Part shown: one piece after another, positions 10,646 to 23,302 of the stretch
How positions within the stretch are numbered: the stretch's first letter is position 1
Layout of the letters: each line of letters begins with the position of its first letter
Source of the DNA: Rhizophagus irregularis
Lineage: Eukaryota
DNA length: 64,000 bases
NCBI RefSeq assembly: GCF_026210795.1
Contig: NC_089430.1
Span: 4,712,001 to 4,776,000 of the forward strand
Direction: 5' to 3'
The notes under the pieces: model-generated
Told to the model about the DNA's origin: nothing
The model's database searches: none
The model's input: only the letters and a program-made list of their open reading frames with translations
Position numbers and translations under genes: made by a program

Positions 10646-13101
10646 GTTAGTGTGGTGGTATGGGCCGATTTGATGCATTAAGTAGTAAATTTGTTATTTA
10701 TTAAAATTTTTGTTAAAAAATTTCAATGAAGTATTTTTTTTCTATATAACAATAATTGTAAAGCTTAACAAATTTACTTTAGTTACAAAATTATTATTTT
10801 TGGCAAGATAGTATAAAGTTATAATAATAATCATCTATCGTCTCCTCAAAAACCTGTTGTCCACCTGTTGGACATGCTGTAATTTTGGCCGAAAATACCG
10901 TAATTTTAGCCAAATTTCCCTTAAAATATCCGATAATGTTGGCCAAATCCATTTTATGCGTTGAATCGGCCCATATGAATCAAAACCAAACCCATGCAAA
11001 TTTATAATACCTAATTCTTCAGTTTGGCCGAATAAGTTGTAAGTGTTAAAGCATACTAATTAATATATAAAGGCTTTCAAAATTTCACTTTGTTTACGGT
11101 GCAATAACACTTTATTACGATTGACATGTACCTCAGACTAATTAATAAAGAAATAGTTATTTTGTTTTTTAAAAATTATTTATAGCTAATATTTTAAATA
11201 TGTAATAAAACATTGTATTTAACGCTATTTTTAATAATAAAGTTTCTTATAATATTTAGTAAAAGTTGTAAAAAAAATAACATTGTTATCGTGGAATTTC
11301 AATTGTACATTTCTGGTAGTGAAAATTTTATGGTGATCATGATTCATGAATACGATTTCAATACTATATCGTTATTTTTTATTGTACAAGTAAAATTCAA
11401 TTCTTGATCGACCGAAAAAATGTATAACCAATCAGATCATAGTTACAATTAAGCACAGTTTTTGGATTGGATCTGGGTGAACACCAATTTTTTTTGTAGA
11501 TCTATTTGACTGACCGCTGATCGCATCAGCAACCAATTATCTAAGATGCAAATTTTTACGATAAATCCGATTCGGTTTAGAATTGAACAAATTGAACAGG
11601 GCTAGTGTTACAAATTATTGATCGATCGATCGCACGTATACTAATGCTCGACTTCAAACGTAACAATAATATAGCATAGTTTGAATTATAATTTGATATT
11701 TCATTTTAAATTAATAAGACCTAACATGAAGAATAACGTGTTCATCCGAAGACGCAGCTGCTATAGTACAGAAAAATTATTTCATCGTTAAATGTCTAAA
11801 AAGACTTTTATTGTAAATAAAGGTCTATTAGAAGATTAATTTGAATAATAATTTCACACGAATAGAACAATTAGTTTTGACATCTTATTGTTTTTAATGC
11901 GAAATTTTCAATTAATCACAATGACATCCTATTAAGTTAGTTTGTATTAACGACATAAATGTATTAGGTAGCATCAAATTTGTTTTTATATGCAAGGGAA
12001 AAATCTGATCGCGGTAAAAAAATCAACCTAATAAGCCTAATAAGGGAAAAATCAGCCCATATGAAATGTACAAGCTACAAATATGAGTATGAGATCATAG
12101 TTTTACTTCTCAAGCCACACCACTCAGTTGATCATCAAAAGTTAGAAATTATGTCATAAAGTTGATCACTTGATTTTCTTGTATTTTATTATTGATTTAT
12201 TGATCATGAGACTACTGATTATTATAATAATTATTCAATGAAATTGTATCATTGTAGTAATTATATAAATATATTAAATAAAAATTTTTATAGTATTACG
12301 CTGTATAGCTACTAATATTTTATAAAAGAACCAAAGAACCAATAACTATAATAACTACATCAAATAGGGAATTTTATTTTCATCATTGCGTTCACGATAA
12401 GTAGTCAAAGAAAGTTATAGTGAAACATGACAATTTTCATTTTTTTTTTACATTTACTATTTATCGCCGTTATCGAAAAAAAAATTCGACGATATTATTG
12501 GTCATATATATATATATATATTTTCATAAGTTTGAAGTATTTGAGTTACCATTAAAAGAACCACTAATGAAACGTACTTACTTTCAATGTTAATTGAACA
12601 AATCTCAAACATTATCTGTTATTCGAAATTTTAAAGGCTAGTGAAACTTCAAAATTTATTGGTCAAAAAATTAGATTTTTAATTTTTTTTATTACTTTTG
12701 TTGTGGTTCTAGAAACTCATAGGTGTCTAGATTCATTCGTATATTTCCACGTTACTCGATATCACTTCGTCAGATCAACTTGTTTGTAAATTACACGATA
12801 CTTATGGCCAAGGAAGCCAAGGAAAGTATACCAAGTTAGTTATTAATACTTATTGAGTTCAAAAAGACAAATTGTCAAGATGATAAAATTAGACCATAAA
12901 ACTAGTGCCAAGAAATCACATTTTATTCATACTATAATAATAAATTATTTTTTAAATAAAAAAGGAATTAAAGGTTGTTACAAACGTCTAACCTAATAAG
13001 GAACATAAATGTACAAGCCATAAATTTGAGCAACTTCATAATTTCTTAATAAATCTTAATGCATAAAATTTGTGTTTGTGTGGAAGAATATCGCTTGATG
13101 A

Positions 13102-13494
13102 TCATTTATCATCGATTTTTTCGATAGAAGATGAATATTTATTATTGTTATTGCAATTTTGAGTTGTAAAATTCACCAATTTATGTAAATTTTCCAAAGA
13201 AAATTTTGATAAATCATATTCTAATTCGCAAGGGATATTATTTAAAGTAAATTTTGCATTAAAAATAGAAATTTGTTTATTCTTATTTTTTTTTATGGGA
13301 TTCATATAAAAATTGTCAACAATTTCTTCTAATTTATTTACTTTACTAGAAAAAAGTTTGATAGAATCGCTCGTTTCTTTACAATCGGAGCAAATTTTTT
13401 GGGGGTTTCTTTTTTTTATTTTATTCTCGAAACGAATTTTTTGAACATATGGCGGCGTTCCGCACGTTTTTTGTCCATAATTTTTTGATGACAT
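13102..13494 (-). CDS. Hypothetical basic 130-aa protein (CxxC, short predicted coiled coil)
   Basis: Intronless ATG-to-stop ORF with protein-like composition in very AT-rich context and a TATA-like element upstream. Family not recognised. Confidence 0.55.
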   Translation of the reverse strand: MSSKNYGQKTCGTPPYVQKIRFENKIKKRNPQKICSDCKETSDSIKLFSSKVNKLEEIVDNFYMNPIKKNKNKQISIFNAKFTLNNIPCELEYDLSKFSLENLHKLVNFTTQNCNNNNKYSSSIEKIDDK

Positions 13495-14901
13495 TATAAC
13501 GAAAGTAAATAAAACTTATTATTTGTTAAATGCTATAAAAAATAAGGTTCAGTTTATATATAGTTTTTTATTCGTAAATATTGCATCATATCTCTATTAC
13601 TTAATTATTCTAAATCAGCAAATTAATGAAATATTTGAATATCGTCGAATTTATTTTTTAAATTATTGGTTCTTTTAATATCAGTAACTATACGGCGTAA
13701 TACTATAATTTTTTTTTATTTATATAATTACTACAATGATACAATTTCAGCAAACAAATTAAATATATCATTTGAAGATCAAAAAACAGTAACCTTGGCG
13801 TTCATTTGTTCTCTACTTAAATAAAGGGCTGTTTTGTGTTGTTAAAAACTTTAAATAGAACATTTAGTCCTTTTTGGTCACTAGTTGAAACCGGATACTT
13901 CGGAGTTTCTTTTATACCTAATATAAATAATCTATATCACTCAGAAATGCATGTGATAAATATTTCGTGCATTAATTTATGGTTTGAAATCTATTTGGCC
14001 AGATCTTATTGTCAATGTTATCAAAGCGTCTTTATTAGTGATTTTAATTGTAATTAGAACTAGAAATAATGTGCATTAATCAGTAATCGCTAATATCAAC
14101 TCGTTAATCACAATAAAAATTAGTAATAATATCAATTCATCTGCTATTTTATATGTATATTTAACTATTTACGTCCATGCTGTTCACCTCCTGGTAAGTA
14201 AAAAAGTCGCGGAAAAAAACGAATAATCGTGCAATAATGTCAATCAAATATTAGCACAAATCAGAACTTACAGTATATTGTATTATCATTTGAATCTGTT
14301 CTTTTAACTAAAAATGTACTATAAACTATCCCTTTTTGTTTCATTATTAATAATTATTAGTAATAGCTTGTAAAATATAAAATGCAGTATAACTAATTAC
14401 GTAAAATTATAAATCAATTTACAATCGATCGAGGAAAGCATAATGTTATTTATGGAAAGACTTGGCGCCAAGTATCCAACTATTGGTAGAAATCGGAAAA
14501 AAGTTAAGATTTATGATAATAATCTGTGCATTGATTATTAAATGGAAAATGCAGAAACAAAATAAAATTTAAATTATATTATTCTGTCATTACACGACAA
14601 AAGTGATATACAAAAGTGATATACAGTATTATCCTTTATCTGTATAATAAATAAAATTTCATATTTGCGTATTGTCCTTACTACGTCCGCCGATTGCGTT
14701 TCTTTCAAGCATTTTCGGAATATACGGAGATAAGAATGACAAAAAAACCTTATTATTAGAAATCAAAAATCCAAATTTTGGAAAAAATTTTTTTTATTGG
14801 TTCACTTCCTGATCACGATCATCACGATCATGTACACAAAGTTAGTTAAATTACTCAAAAATTCTAGCTTTCACCCTTTTTAGCTGATGACTCACTAGTA
14901 C

Positions 14902-15380
14902 AGGACCCTTAAATATATATACAGGGATAAGGTACACAGATGCGTTGTCATCATAGTGAAATTAGACAGAGTAAAGTACAATCTAAGAATTTTTCATCCA
15001 TAGTTAGGTATCAAAATTTTTATATGTAAAAAATTAGTTTGCATATTTTTGGCCTAAATTTGGCTAATCTTAATAAATATTTACTGTACGTGAAAGAAAT
15101 TTCTAAGGGTTAAAAAGTGAAATTTTAGAAAAAATATTATTGAAAAAAATGGTAAATTAGAATAAATTCTATTTTTTCACGTTAGTATTTGTTTTTTATA
15201 AATAATATAGAAGTCATGATAAAATAATTAATAACTTAATGTCTGAAATTTTATTTGCGTATTTTTGCAGGATTTTCAATATCGGGTGTCAATTATGCGT
15301 ACTACTCATATAAAAGTCTCTCATAGTAAAAAATTTTTCGCCATCTGACCCTTTATTAAATATATATATATCTGGGTCCT
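14902..15380. mobile_element. MITE with 8-bp TSD (hAT-like)
   Basis: Ends AGGACCC...GGGTCCT with adjacent (TA)n. Direct repeat ACTAGTAC at 14894-14901 and 15381-15388. Confidence 0.7.
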
Positions 15381-15535
15381 ACTAGTACCTCTGATTTCTG
15401 TGTCAACGAAACCAGCTAATTTAAGTTAGTTTCGCCATATTTCTAAATTTCGAAACTTCCAAAACGCGGTAATATTGACAAAAAATTTTGATTAATGAAA
15501 CCTATCAAATCAATTTTCATTTTTTATTGTGGAAC

Positions 15536-15647
15536 TCCCCAACAAAAAAAGCTCGGGCACTTGATCCGGGATGTGGCTGTGTTTGAATATAAATAAATAT
15601 CACAGCCACATCCCGGACACGTGCCCGAGCTTTTTTTTTGTTGGGGA
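15536..15647. repeat. GC-rich near-perfect hairpin
   Basis: Arms of about 45 bp (TCCCCAACAAAAAAAGCTCGGGCAC..CCGGGATGTGGCTGTG and its reverse complement) around a 19-nt AT loop. Confidence 0.85.
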
Positions 15648-16816
15648 AGATGAGAGGGGATCAATGGGATCATCAGCGGATCATAAACAAAAAATTTTAA
15701 ACAAATAAAACTAATTGACTAATAATATTTAATACAAAATGTTTGGTTAAACGAGACTATTTATTGGAGCGGCCTTAAATTTTAATAAATTGAATAAATT
15801 TATGAGATTTCACAAAAAAAATATTTAAATTTTTAAATTTTATAATTTAATTTATTTTATTTTATTTTAAAACAAGTTAACATTAAACATGGCAGGGAGC
15901 TATAGTCATAGTATAATTAGAACTGTAATAATTCTGACTTTTTTTTTAATTAAGTTGGTTTATACTACCATACAGTATCATAATTATTATGATAAATAGT
16001 TTTTAAGATTTAAAGAGAATTTCTAAATTTTAACTGGTGGAAAAATTACTGGTAGATCATGTGATTGTGTATTAAATATTCATGTGATTTATTATGATGA
16101 TGCAATTTCATTTGGCTCGCTTCGCTCGCCGGGCTTTTCTAGCCAAACCATAACTTTCACTTTATTTGCAAAATTTTTGATTATATTTAACATATCTATA
16201 AAAAAAAATGAGAAATTACTCTTAACTAGCTATTAACATAATTTTTTTCTCATTTGGTAAAGGATGATCATTTTCGGTTTATTTTGCTTGTTAATCATTT
16301 TTGGCTTAGTTATTTCACTTGTTAATCATTTTAAGGTTAATTATCTTGATTGTTGTTTATTTTTTGGTTTAAAAATAAAAATATATATATATCAGAATAT
16401 GTGATTAACTTTAAATAACAATACAGAAAGATTGTTTATTACTTGATAAAGCATTTATTTAATATTTACTATCATCATTTTGGAATTACGGCTCTGGAAA
16501 AAAATTTTTCATGATTATATTGTAATAAAACAATTCTACTATCCGATTGTTGATCATTTTTAGTTCTGGAAAATTATGATAACTGAATATCATAATAATA
16601 AGACAATGATAATGAAATTTTACCATTTAGTTGTTGTTTATTGTTTTGTTTCAAAATAAAAAATTACTTGATATAACATTTATTTAATTTTATCATCCAA
16701 TTGTTGAGAAAAAAAATTTTATGATAACATTATAATAAAACAACAATCTTATTATCTGATTGTTAATCATTTTTAGAATTACTACCCTGAAAAAATTTTC
16801 ATGATAGCATTATAAC

Positions 16817-17531
16817 TAAAGTTGCCTGCCAAAACTCTACAGGCTATTGTCGAAATGTCGAAACTAAAACCTGTAGAAATGCCGAAATGCCGAAATAGTT
16901 TCAACATGTCAAAATTGTCGAAACCTAAAAATATTACGTTTCACGTAATAACACGGCGTCCAATGATCGTAGAAAGATGCACCATAGCTCGTTGGAATCG
17001 TCTCATAACGACGAGTCGAATGGTGGTTAGATCGTCTTTCTACGATCATTGGATGCCGAGATAATAGACGAAACGTCAAACGGCGCAGTAGCGCAAAATA
17101 CAAAATGCCGATTTTTGACGTTTCGCTCAATATCTCGGCATCCAGTGATCGTAGAAAGACGATCTAACCACCATTCGACTCGTCGTTATGAGACGATTCC
17201 AACGAGCTATGGTGCATCTTTCTATGATCGTTGGATGCCGAGTTATTAAGTGAAACGTCAAATGGCGCAGTATCGCAAAATACAAAATGCCGATTTTTGA
17301 CGTTTCGCTCAATATCTCGGCATCCAGTGATCGTAGAAAGACGATTTAGCAACCATTCGACTCGTCGTTATGAGACGATTCCAACGAGCTATGGTGCATC
17401 TTTCTATGATTATTGGACGCCGAGTTATTACGTGAAATGTAATATTTTTAGGTTTCGACAATTTTGACATGTCAAAATAGTTTTGACAATTTTGACATGC
17501 CGAAACTCCCTAATTTCGGCAGGGAACTTTA
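16817..17531. mobile_element. Palindromic non-autonomous hAT-like element
   Basis: TIR TAAAGTT(G/C)CCTGCC; 8-bp TSD ATTATAAC (16809-16816, 17532-17539); internal 182-bp units in direct and inverted orientation. Confidence 0.85.
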
Positions 17532-18287
17532 ATTATAACGATAATGTAATGACGACGATAATGAAAATTTACCATTTGATTATTGTTTATTTTTTGGTTC
17601 AAAATAAAAAAAACAAATTGTTTATTTACATAATATTAAAATTTGTCATCCGGTTGTTGATCATTTTTGGCTAACAAAAAAATTATTCAGTTTTCACATG
17701 ATTTGCTAAAAATTTTATCCCATAATTTTTAAGCAAGAAAGATCATTCTATATAAGTGCAATATCACCCTATGGGTGGGTGGGTGGCGCGTCACGTTATT
17801 GTTATGACTTAAAATGATTGACATGTCATGATAGGTTAACGTTAACTTAACGTTAACATAAGATTAGTTTTTGAGTGATTTCCATTTTAAGATGCTGATC
17901 CCCCATCTTTGGTATTGATTTGCTGATTATATAAATACATTTCAAATCAAGCTTTTCTATTTTAGTACGATCGGCAACCAACAAATCTTTTAGTGTTTTA
18001 AATATAGACAATGACGGGAACCATACAAGTCTGTGGGCTGAGCTCTTACAAAAGGATTACTACTACGCTACACTATACTCGTATAAACCCAACCTCCTCG
18101 TAGAAGAGATCGTACTGCCTGTTATTTATAAAATAACACTAGGCATTAACAGCATTGCACGTAAAATTGGTAGCCGGATAGGATCCCCCTGGGTGTCGAC
18201 TACCGAAGTAGTCTACCATTGGTTGGTAACACGGTTGTGATTAAATTTTACCAAATTTCTTCCCCACGTGACTTCGAGGCGTAGCAC

Positions 18288-18704
18288 TCGTTCTTATACG
18301 ATCACGTGCTATTTCTTATGCAAATAGCGGCAATACCTTTTACGTATCTTTCTTGGACCATTTTCTTGTACGATCATATATCTCAAGTATAATAATGTTT
18401 TGATATAAAATATTAAAATAAAAAATTTAATTTAATTTAAATACAGTATATACAGTATATATATATTCATAAATATCAATACTGTTTACTACTGTATTAT
18501 TTTTCATTAAGTATTATAAGTCCATTTATTAATAATGTCTTGCAAAAAAATTCTTTTTGTATCTATACTCTATACTCTTGTAAAAAGAAAAAAATAATTA
18601 AATAACAACGCGTTAATGCTTTTGATTTTCAGGTCAAGAAAAGAACCAACATATCCGAATTATTTGATTGTATAAGAAAATAGCACGTGATCGTATAAGA
18701 ACGA
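18288..18704. mobile_element. MITE-like element
   Basis: Terminal inverted repeat TCGTTCTTATACGATCACGTGCTATTT at both ends; no clear TSD. Confidence 0.65.
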
Positions 18705-19449
18705 TACATTTGTGCCAAATATTGATAAAATTTACTGTATTAGCGAAACATTTCCGAATAAAAATTAAATATTAAATTTTAGACCATATCATTATATTAT
18801 CATAAAAATAAACAAAATTTTTTAATTTTTTTTTTTAAGCAACTTTATTATAGAAAAAAAAATTTTGTCTAAATTCTCTGGTTCAATATTTCTATATCAA
18901 GTTTTATTCCACAAAAAAAGCCTTTTTTTGTTTTGTAACTGTATGTTATGTTTAACAAATCATTGTAACTAAGAATCCTAATAATAGCCGTCACTTTCGA
19001 GTACATAGTAAACATACTGTAAAAATGTAGTGTATTCGTGCTACGTATCTCATAAGGAGTCGTTATGGGCTTAAGGTTAAACGCAAACGCTTAAACGTGG
19101 TGAACTGGTGATCGGTTCTAGGCCTTTCCTTATTTGGTAATAAACAATGTAAATCTGTATGTGCACGTAACTACACTAAATCATGTTATCGTAACACGAT
19201 CGTCTTGGATTACGCCATATCAATTGAAATATTGCAACTAATTCTAAGTATTCATTAGTGTAAATTTCTAGTTAAGTTCATAATTATAAAGCAACATTAT
19301 GGTGACATATATTACAAGTTTTAAACTGACATGCATTTCATTAATGAAGGTAACATTTTTTACATTTCTGCACATCTATATTTGAAGTAGAAAATTTAGT
19401 AACTACAAAATCACAATCATGTGATATTTGATAATTACATGATTGTAAG

Positions 19450-20048
19450 TAGTGGTGCAGACTTTTGAAGCTTAGTTAGTTACGTCATTTTTTTTCAACG
19501 TCCCGTCAGTAGCGTCACATTGTCGTATGACGTCATAAATGACTTTTGCCATATGGATTTTTTAGAACTTTTGACGTAATTACTTTTAAATTTTCTAGGC
19601 TTTGTATAATAAACTTTTGGTGTAACTACTTTTAAACTCAATATATTTTTTTTTATTTGAAAACTGCTTTTAAGTTTCGAAATTTAACATATCGGCATAT
19701 ACTACTACTATAATTTTAGGAGAAAATGGATTGCGTGAAGAACTAAATATACCTAATACTAATAAAGAATTTAATAATAATATAGAATTTAATCCTATTA
19801 ACATAGTTTGATGATGTTTTAAATACATGCTATCATTATGATTTTATATCCTTCGTTTATATACTAGTAATAGTAAAATTGCATATAGAAAAATGTTAAA
19901 TAATGCTGTTAATTAAAAGAAGCAGTAATTGATTATATATAAATAATAAAAAATATGCTAATTTATTTAATATTTTTATTTGTTTTAATTATTTAGTTGT
20001 TTTTTTTTAATTACGTCATACGTTAAAACTGCATTACCAGCACCACTA
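19450..20048. mobile_element. hAT-like MITE
   Basis: 9-bp TIR TAGTGGTGC; flanks ATTGTAAG and ATTGTAAC (7/8 TSD match). Confidence 0.55.
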
Positions 20049-22771
20049 ATTGTAACAAGATGTTTTAAAACAATTTAAATCAATTTTTTTTGTTTTAAAA
20101 CATTGATCGGCATGATTATTGCGCAATTATTTTTTAATGACATTTTTTGTATTTTTAAGCAACCCTTTTTAAAATTATTCTCGTGGAAGACCATCATCGG
20201 AAGACGTCCGTAAGCACTTTGAAAAGTTACGAAAAACACCTCGCCAAAAGTGTGTAATTATTGTGGGAAATGACATTAGTTATTGATTTGATTGATCGAT
20301 TAGAAGATTATATTATATAATTTTTTTTTTAAGAGTTAGCGCACATTTTATTTAACGAATCACTAGTATCACTAAGCTATATTCCTAACAAGGTCGGTCC
20401 GGCTATACTCTAAATATATATTATATAATAAAGTGCTTAAATTTTTATTGCAAATATGTATTACGTCGTAAAGGCTAATAAAGTGTTTAATGTTTTAAAA
20501 CGCCAAAATTGTTTTAAACATGTTTTTTGCCATCCCTAATTGTAACTGAGACACTATCCATTAAGTTCTTAAAAATGTTTATCAGGAAAAAAGAGAAAAA
20601 AAATAATACGAGAACAATTGCTTCGAGCCATATCTGAATTTAACGGATAACACTATTGTTATCGTCTCATAGATTAACGCCACTAAGCCTACTTTATTGA
20701 TAAAGTGAAAAAAATGAAACCATTTTTACTAATTACATTTTCTTTACTCCATTATGTAATGCAGTAATAATTTTTCAAATCCTTTCAATTACATAATAGG
20801 AAAATGTAATACTTTATTTGGTGTTATTCTCAAAAAGGCAGAACTTTTTTTAGGTTTGTAAAATGTGTATTTAAAAAATTTCTTATGATAAAATCATTTT
20901 TCATTTTGTTATATTTTTTAGTTTCATTGTAATTTTGGTTTCATTGAAAAAAAAAAACGACAGCCAACCACATTATCTTTTATCATTATCACCGAATGAT
21001 TTTCGCCGAATGATTTCTATTGTTTTTATTTTTAATGGCGCTATTCTTCTATATTATTGAACGGGATTTTTTGGGTTAGTCCTATTTATAATAAAACCTG
21101 ATATTAAACAAACAGTATAATTTTCACATAATTATACAGAAAAATAGTCGGTGTATTAAATTCCGGTTGTGTTACTTCATAAATTCGATAAAATATATGA
21201 TATTTCTTTAAAAGAATACATATACAGGTGCATTAATAAAATAAAATAATAAAAATGGATATTTATTTGAAAATTTTTTAATAAAATCATTTTTTATTAT
21301 GATTAACATTCAGTGGAACTGAACTTTAATATTATTAAGCAACAACACTTGAAAAATTTTTTTTTTTATAAAAAATATGTACCATAATCCCTTCTTCCTT
21401 TTACGGAAAATAATTCAATAGTATTTTTCCGCTTTGATGCATGCAAATTAAATGTAATGAAATAATGAATTTCGAATTTTGGGAATCATTGTAGATGACG
21501 TAATATAAGGTATTGTAAACACAAACACCCTAAATTTTTTCGGTGTTTTTAATTTAGTGCCACCCCTAATTGTGTAACCAAATGTAAATCCTTCATTTTT
21601 TTTTTTCAAATCGCTTCTAATAATATTTTCTCACAAATTTATCATGATTTATAAACCTTTTACAACAATATATACACTTGCAAGGTTATACAGCCAAGAG
21701 TAAAGTTTTCAAGTTATGAAGTTTCACGGATTTTCTTTGATTTTTCTTTTTGCAAAAGTTTGTTTTAAAAGTTACACTTTCAAAAAAAAAAACTTTAGAC
21801 AAGTATTAATTTAATAGGTTTAAAATTTTATAAACATTTATTATGTATATTTAAATGGTTATAACTATGTAGATAATTTTAAGGCATTAGGACAAACTTT
21901 GTTTGTTCTTTTAAAAAATTAAAAATTTGAAATTGATCACATGATTACACTTATTTCTATTGGTTCTCACTGCGTACTGCGTTGTAACAATAGCTTCATC
22001 ACGTGAAATTGAAAAATCTGAACAATTAACCGTGGAAAATGTCGATCACATGGAATGTTTTATTCATTGAAGTACTACTAGTACTACCTACTACTGTAAT
22101 AATTGTATTGATCTTTTATTTATTATTTATTATATTGATCGGCTAGAAATTCTTTAATATTGTACTACTAAATTTTGTGCTACTAAATTTTATATAAAGA
22201 AAGAGATGACAAAAAATCACGTCATTTAAACTTGAAAATTTACAGTATTTATTTGAATGACCTCATAATAAACATATATAAAGATTAAAGAGTATGTATA
22301 ATAAAATATATTTTAAATTGTTTTTGACACGAAAAAAAAAATTATAATCTCGTGAGTTAGTTATATAGCATTAAAGATTGCAAAGTGGACTAAAAAAAGA
22401 AATGAAGTACTGACTACTCAAGCCGAAAATTCTAACAGTATTATTTACTTTAGTTCTGATAATAGAAAAGGAAAAAAAAATGTTAATCAACTATTATTAA
22501 ACGGAATGTAAATGACCATCATTGTACAGTAAAGTGTTACAAAAATAGTGACGTAAAGTGGAAAAAAATACACCGCGTCGTTCGGCCCGAACTAAGTTCC
22601 GTACAATAAAGAGATCGATGATAAAATATTATTTTTTCAATTAAACAATAATTATTATATTTCATTTAAAATTGTTTTTATTTTATTTATTAATATTTGA
22701 CAATTTAATACAAAAATTTTAACACTTAAAAGACAAAAAAGAAAAAAAAATGTAAAATTATAATTCTAAAA

Positions 22772-23302
22772 TTATTTAGATAATCCGGCGTAACCATGGC
22801 CTTCACCATTTTGTGTTGTCATGGCACCATTAGGACCACGCTTCTTGAATTTACTGCTATTACAGTGACGTTTACTATGGTGAAGAGTTTTGGTGAGAAT
22901 TCCATTGTCATCGCAGTCAATGGACATATTTGTGAACTTGTGTCTAAAAGATTTGGTACCGCCGCAGCCATCTACTTTTATATTCAATCCATCCGTGAGA
23001 TCGAAAAGTGTATTCTTACACTCATCAACAATTTTAAATCCGTAAGACGCTTTTGTATCTTCGAAGCCTTTTTTAAATATTCCTGCGACCTCTGTGTGAC
23101 CACTTTCGTCTTGTGAAAAAATCACAAGACCTTGAACTGGATCGGAGTTGAAATCGGCCATTGCATATGAACATTTGCATTGATTACGCTTTTGGAGCGT
23201 ACTAGATAATAATCCATTATCAGTTGTAAAAGCCGAAGCCGATGAAATAGTTGTGAGAGATAAAAGAATAAAGAGTTTCAAAGTTGCAAAAGAATAGTAC
23301 AT
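22772..23302 (-). CDS. Small secreted Cys-containing protein SSP2 (176 aa), paralog of SSP1
   Basis: Signal peptide, QKR, CxC, shared GHTEVAGIF, DECKNTLFDLTDGLNI and GGTKSFRHKF blocks; one extra Cys. Confidence 0.92.
   Translation of the reverse strand: MYYSFATLKLFILLSLTTISSASAFTTDNGLLSSTLQKRNQCKCSYAMADFNSDPVQGLVIFSQDESGHTEVAGIFKKGFEDTKASYGFKIVDECKNTLFDLTDGLNIKVDGCGGTKSFRHKFTNMSIDCDDNGILTKTLHHSKRHCNSSKFKKRGPNGAMTTQNGEGHGYAGLSK

Noticed and set aside
14885..15435. Hammerhead-like CTGATGA...GAAA core appearing when the MITE is removed
   Set aside because: Stems I and II cannot be formed with correct geometry.
16822..17467. Cluster of overlapping 60-80 aa ORFs; possible CRISPR-like array
   Set aside because: Products of a palindromic repeat. 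There are no unique spacers or cas genes, and the context is eukaryotic.
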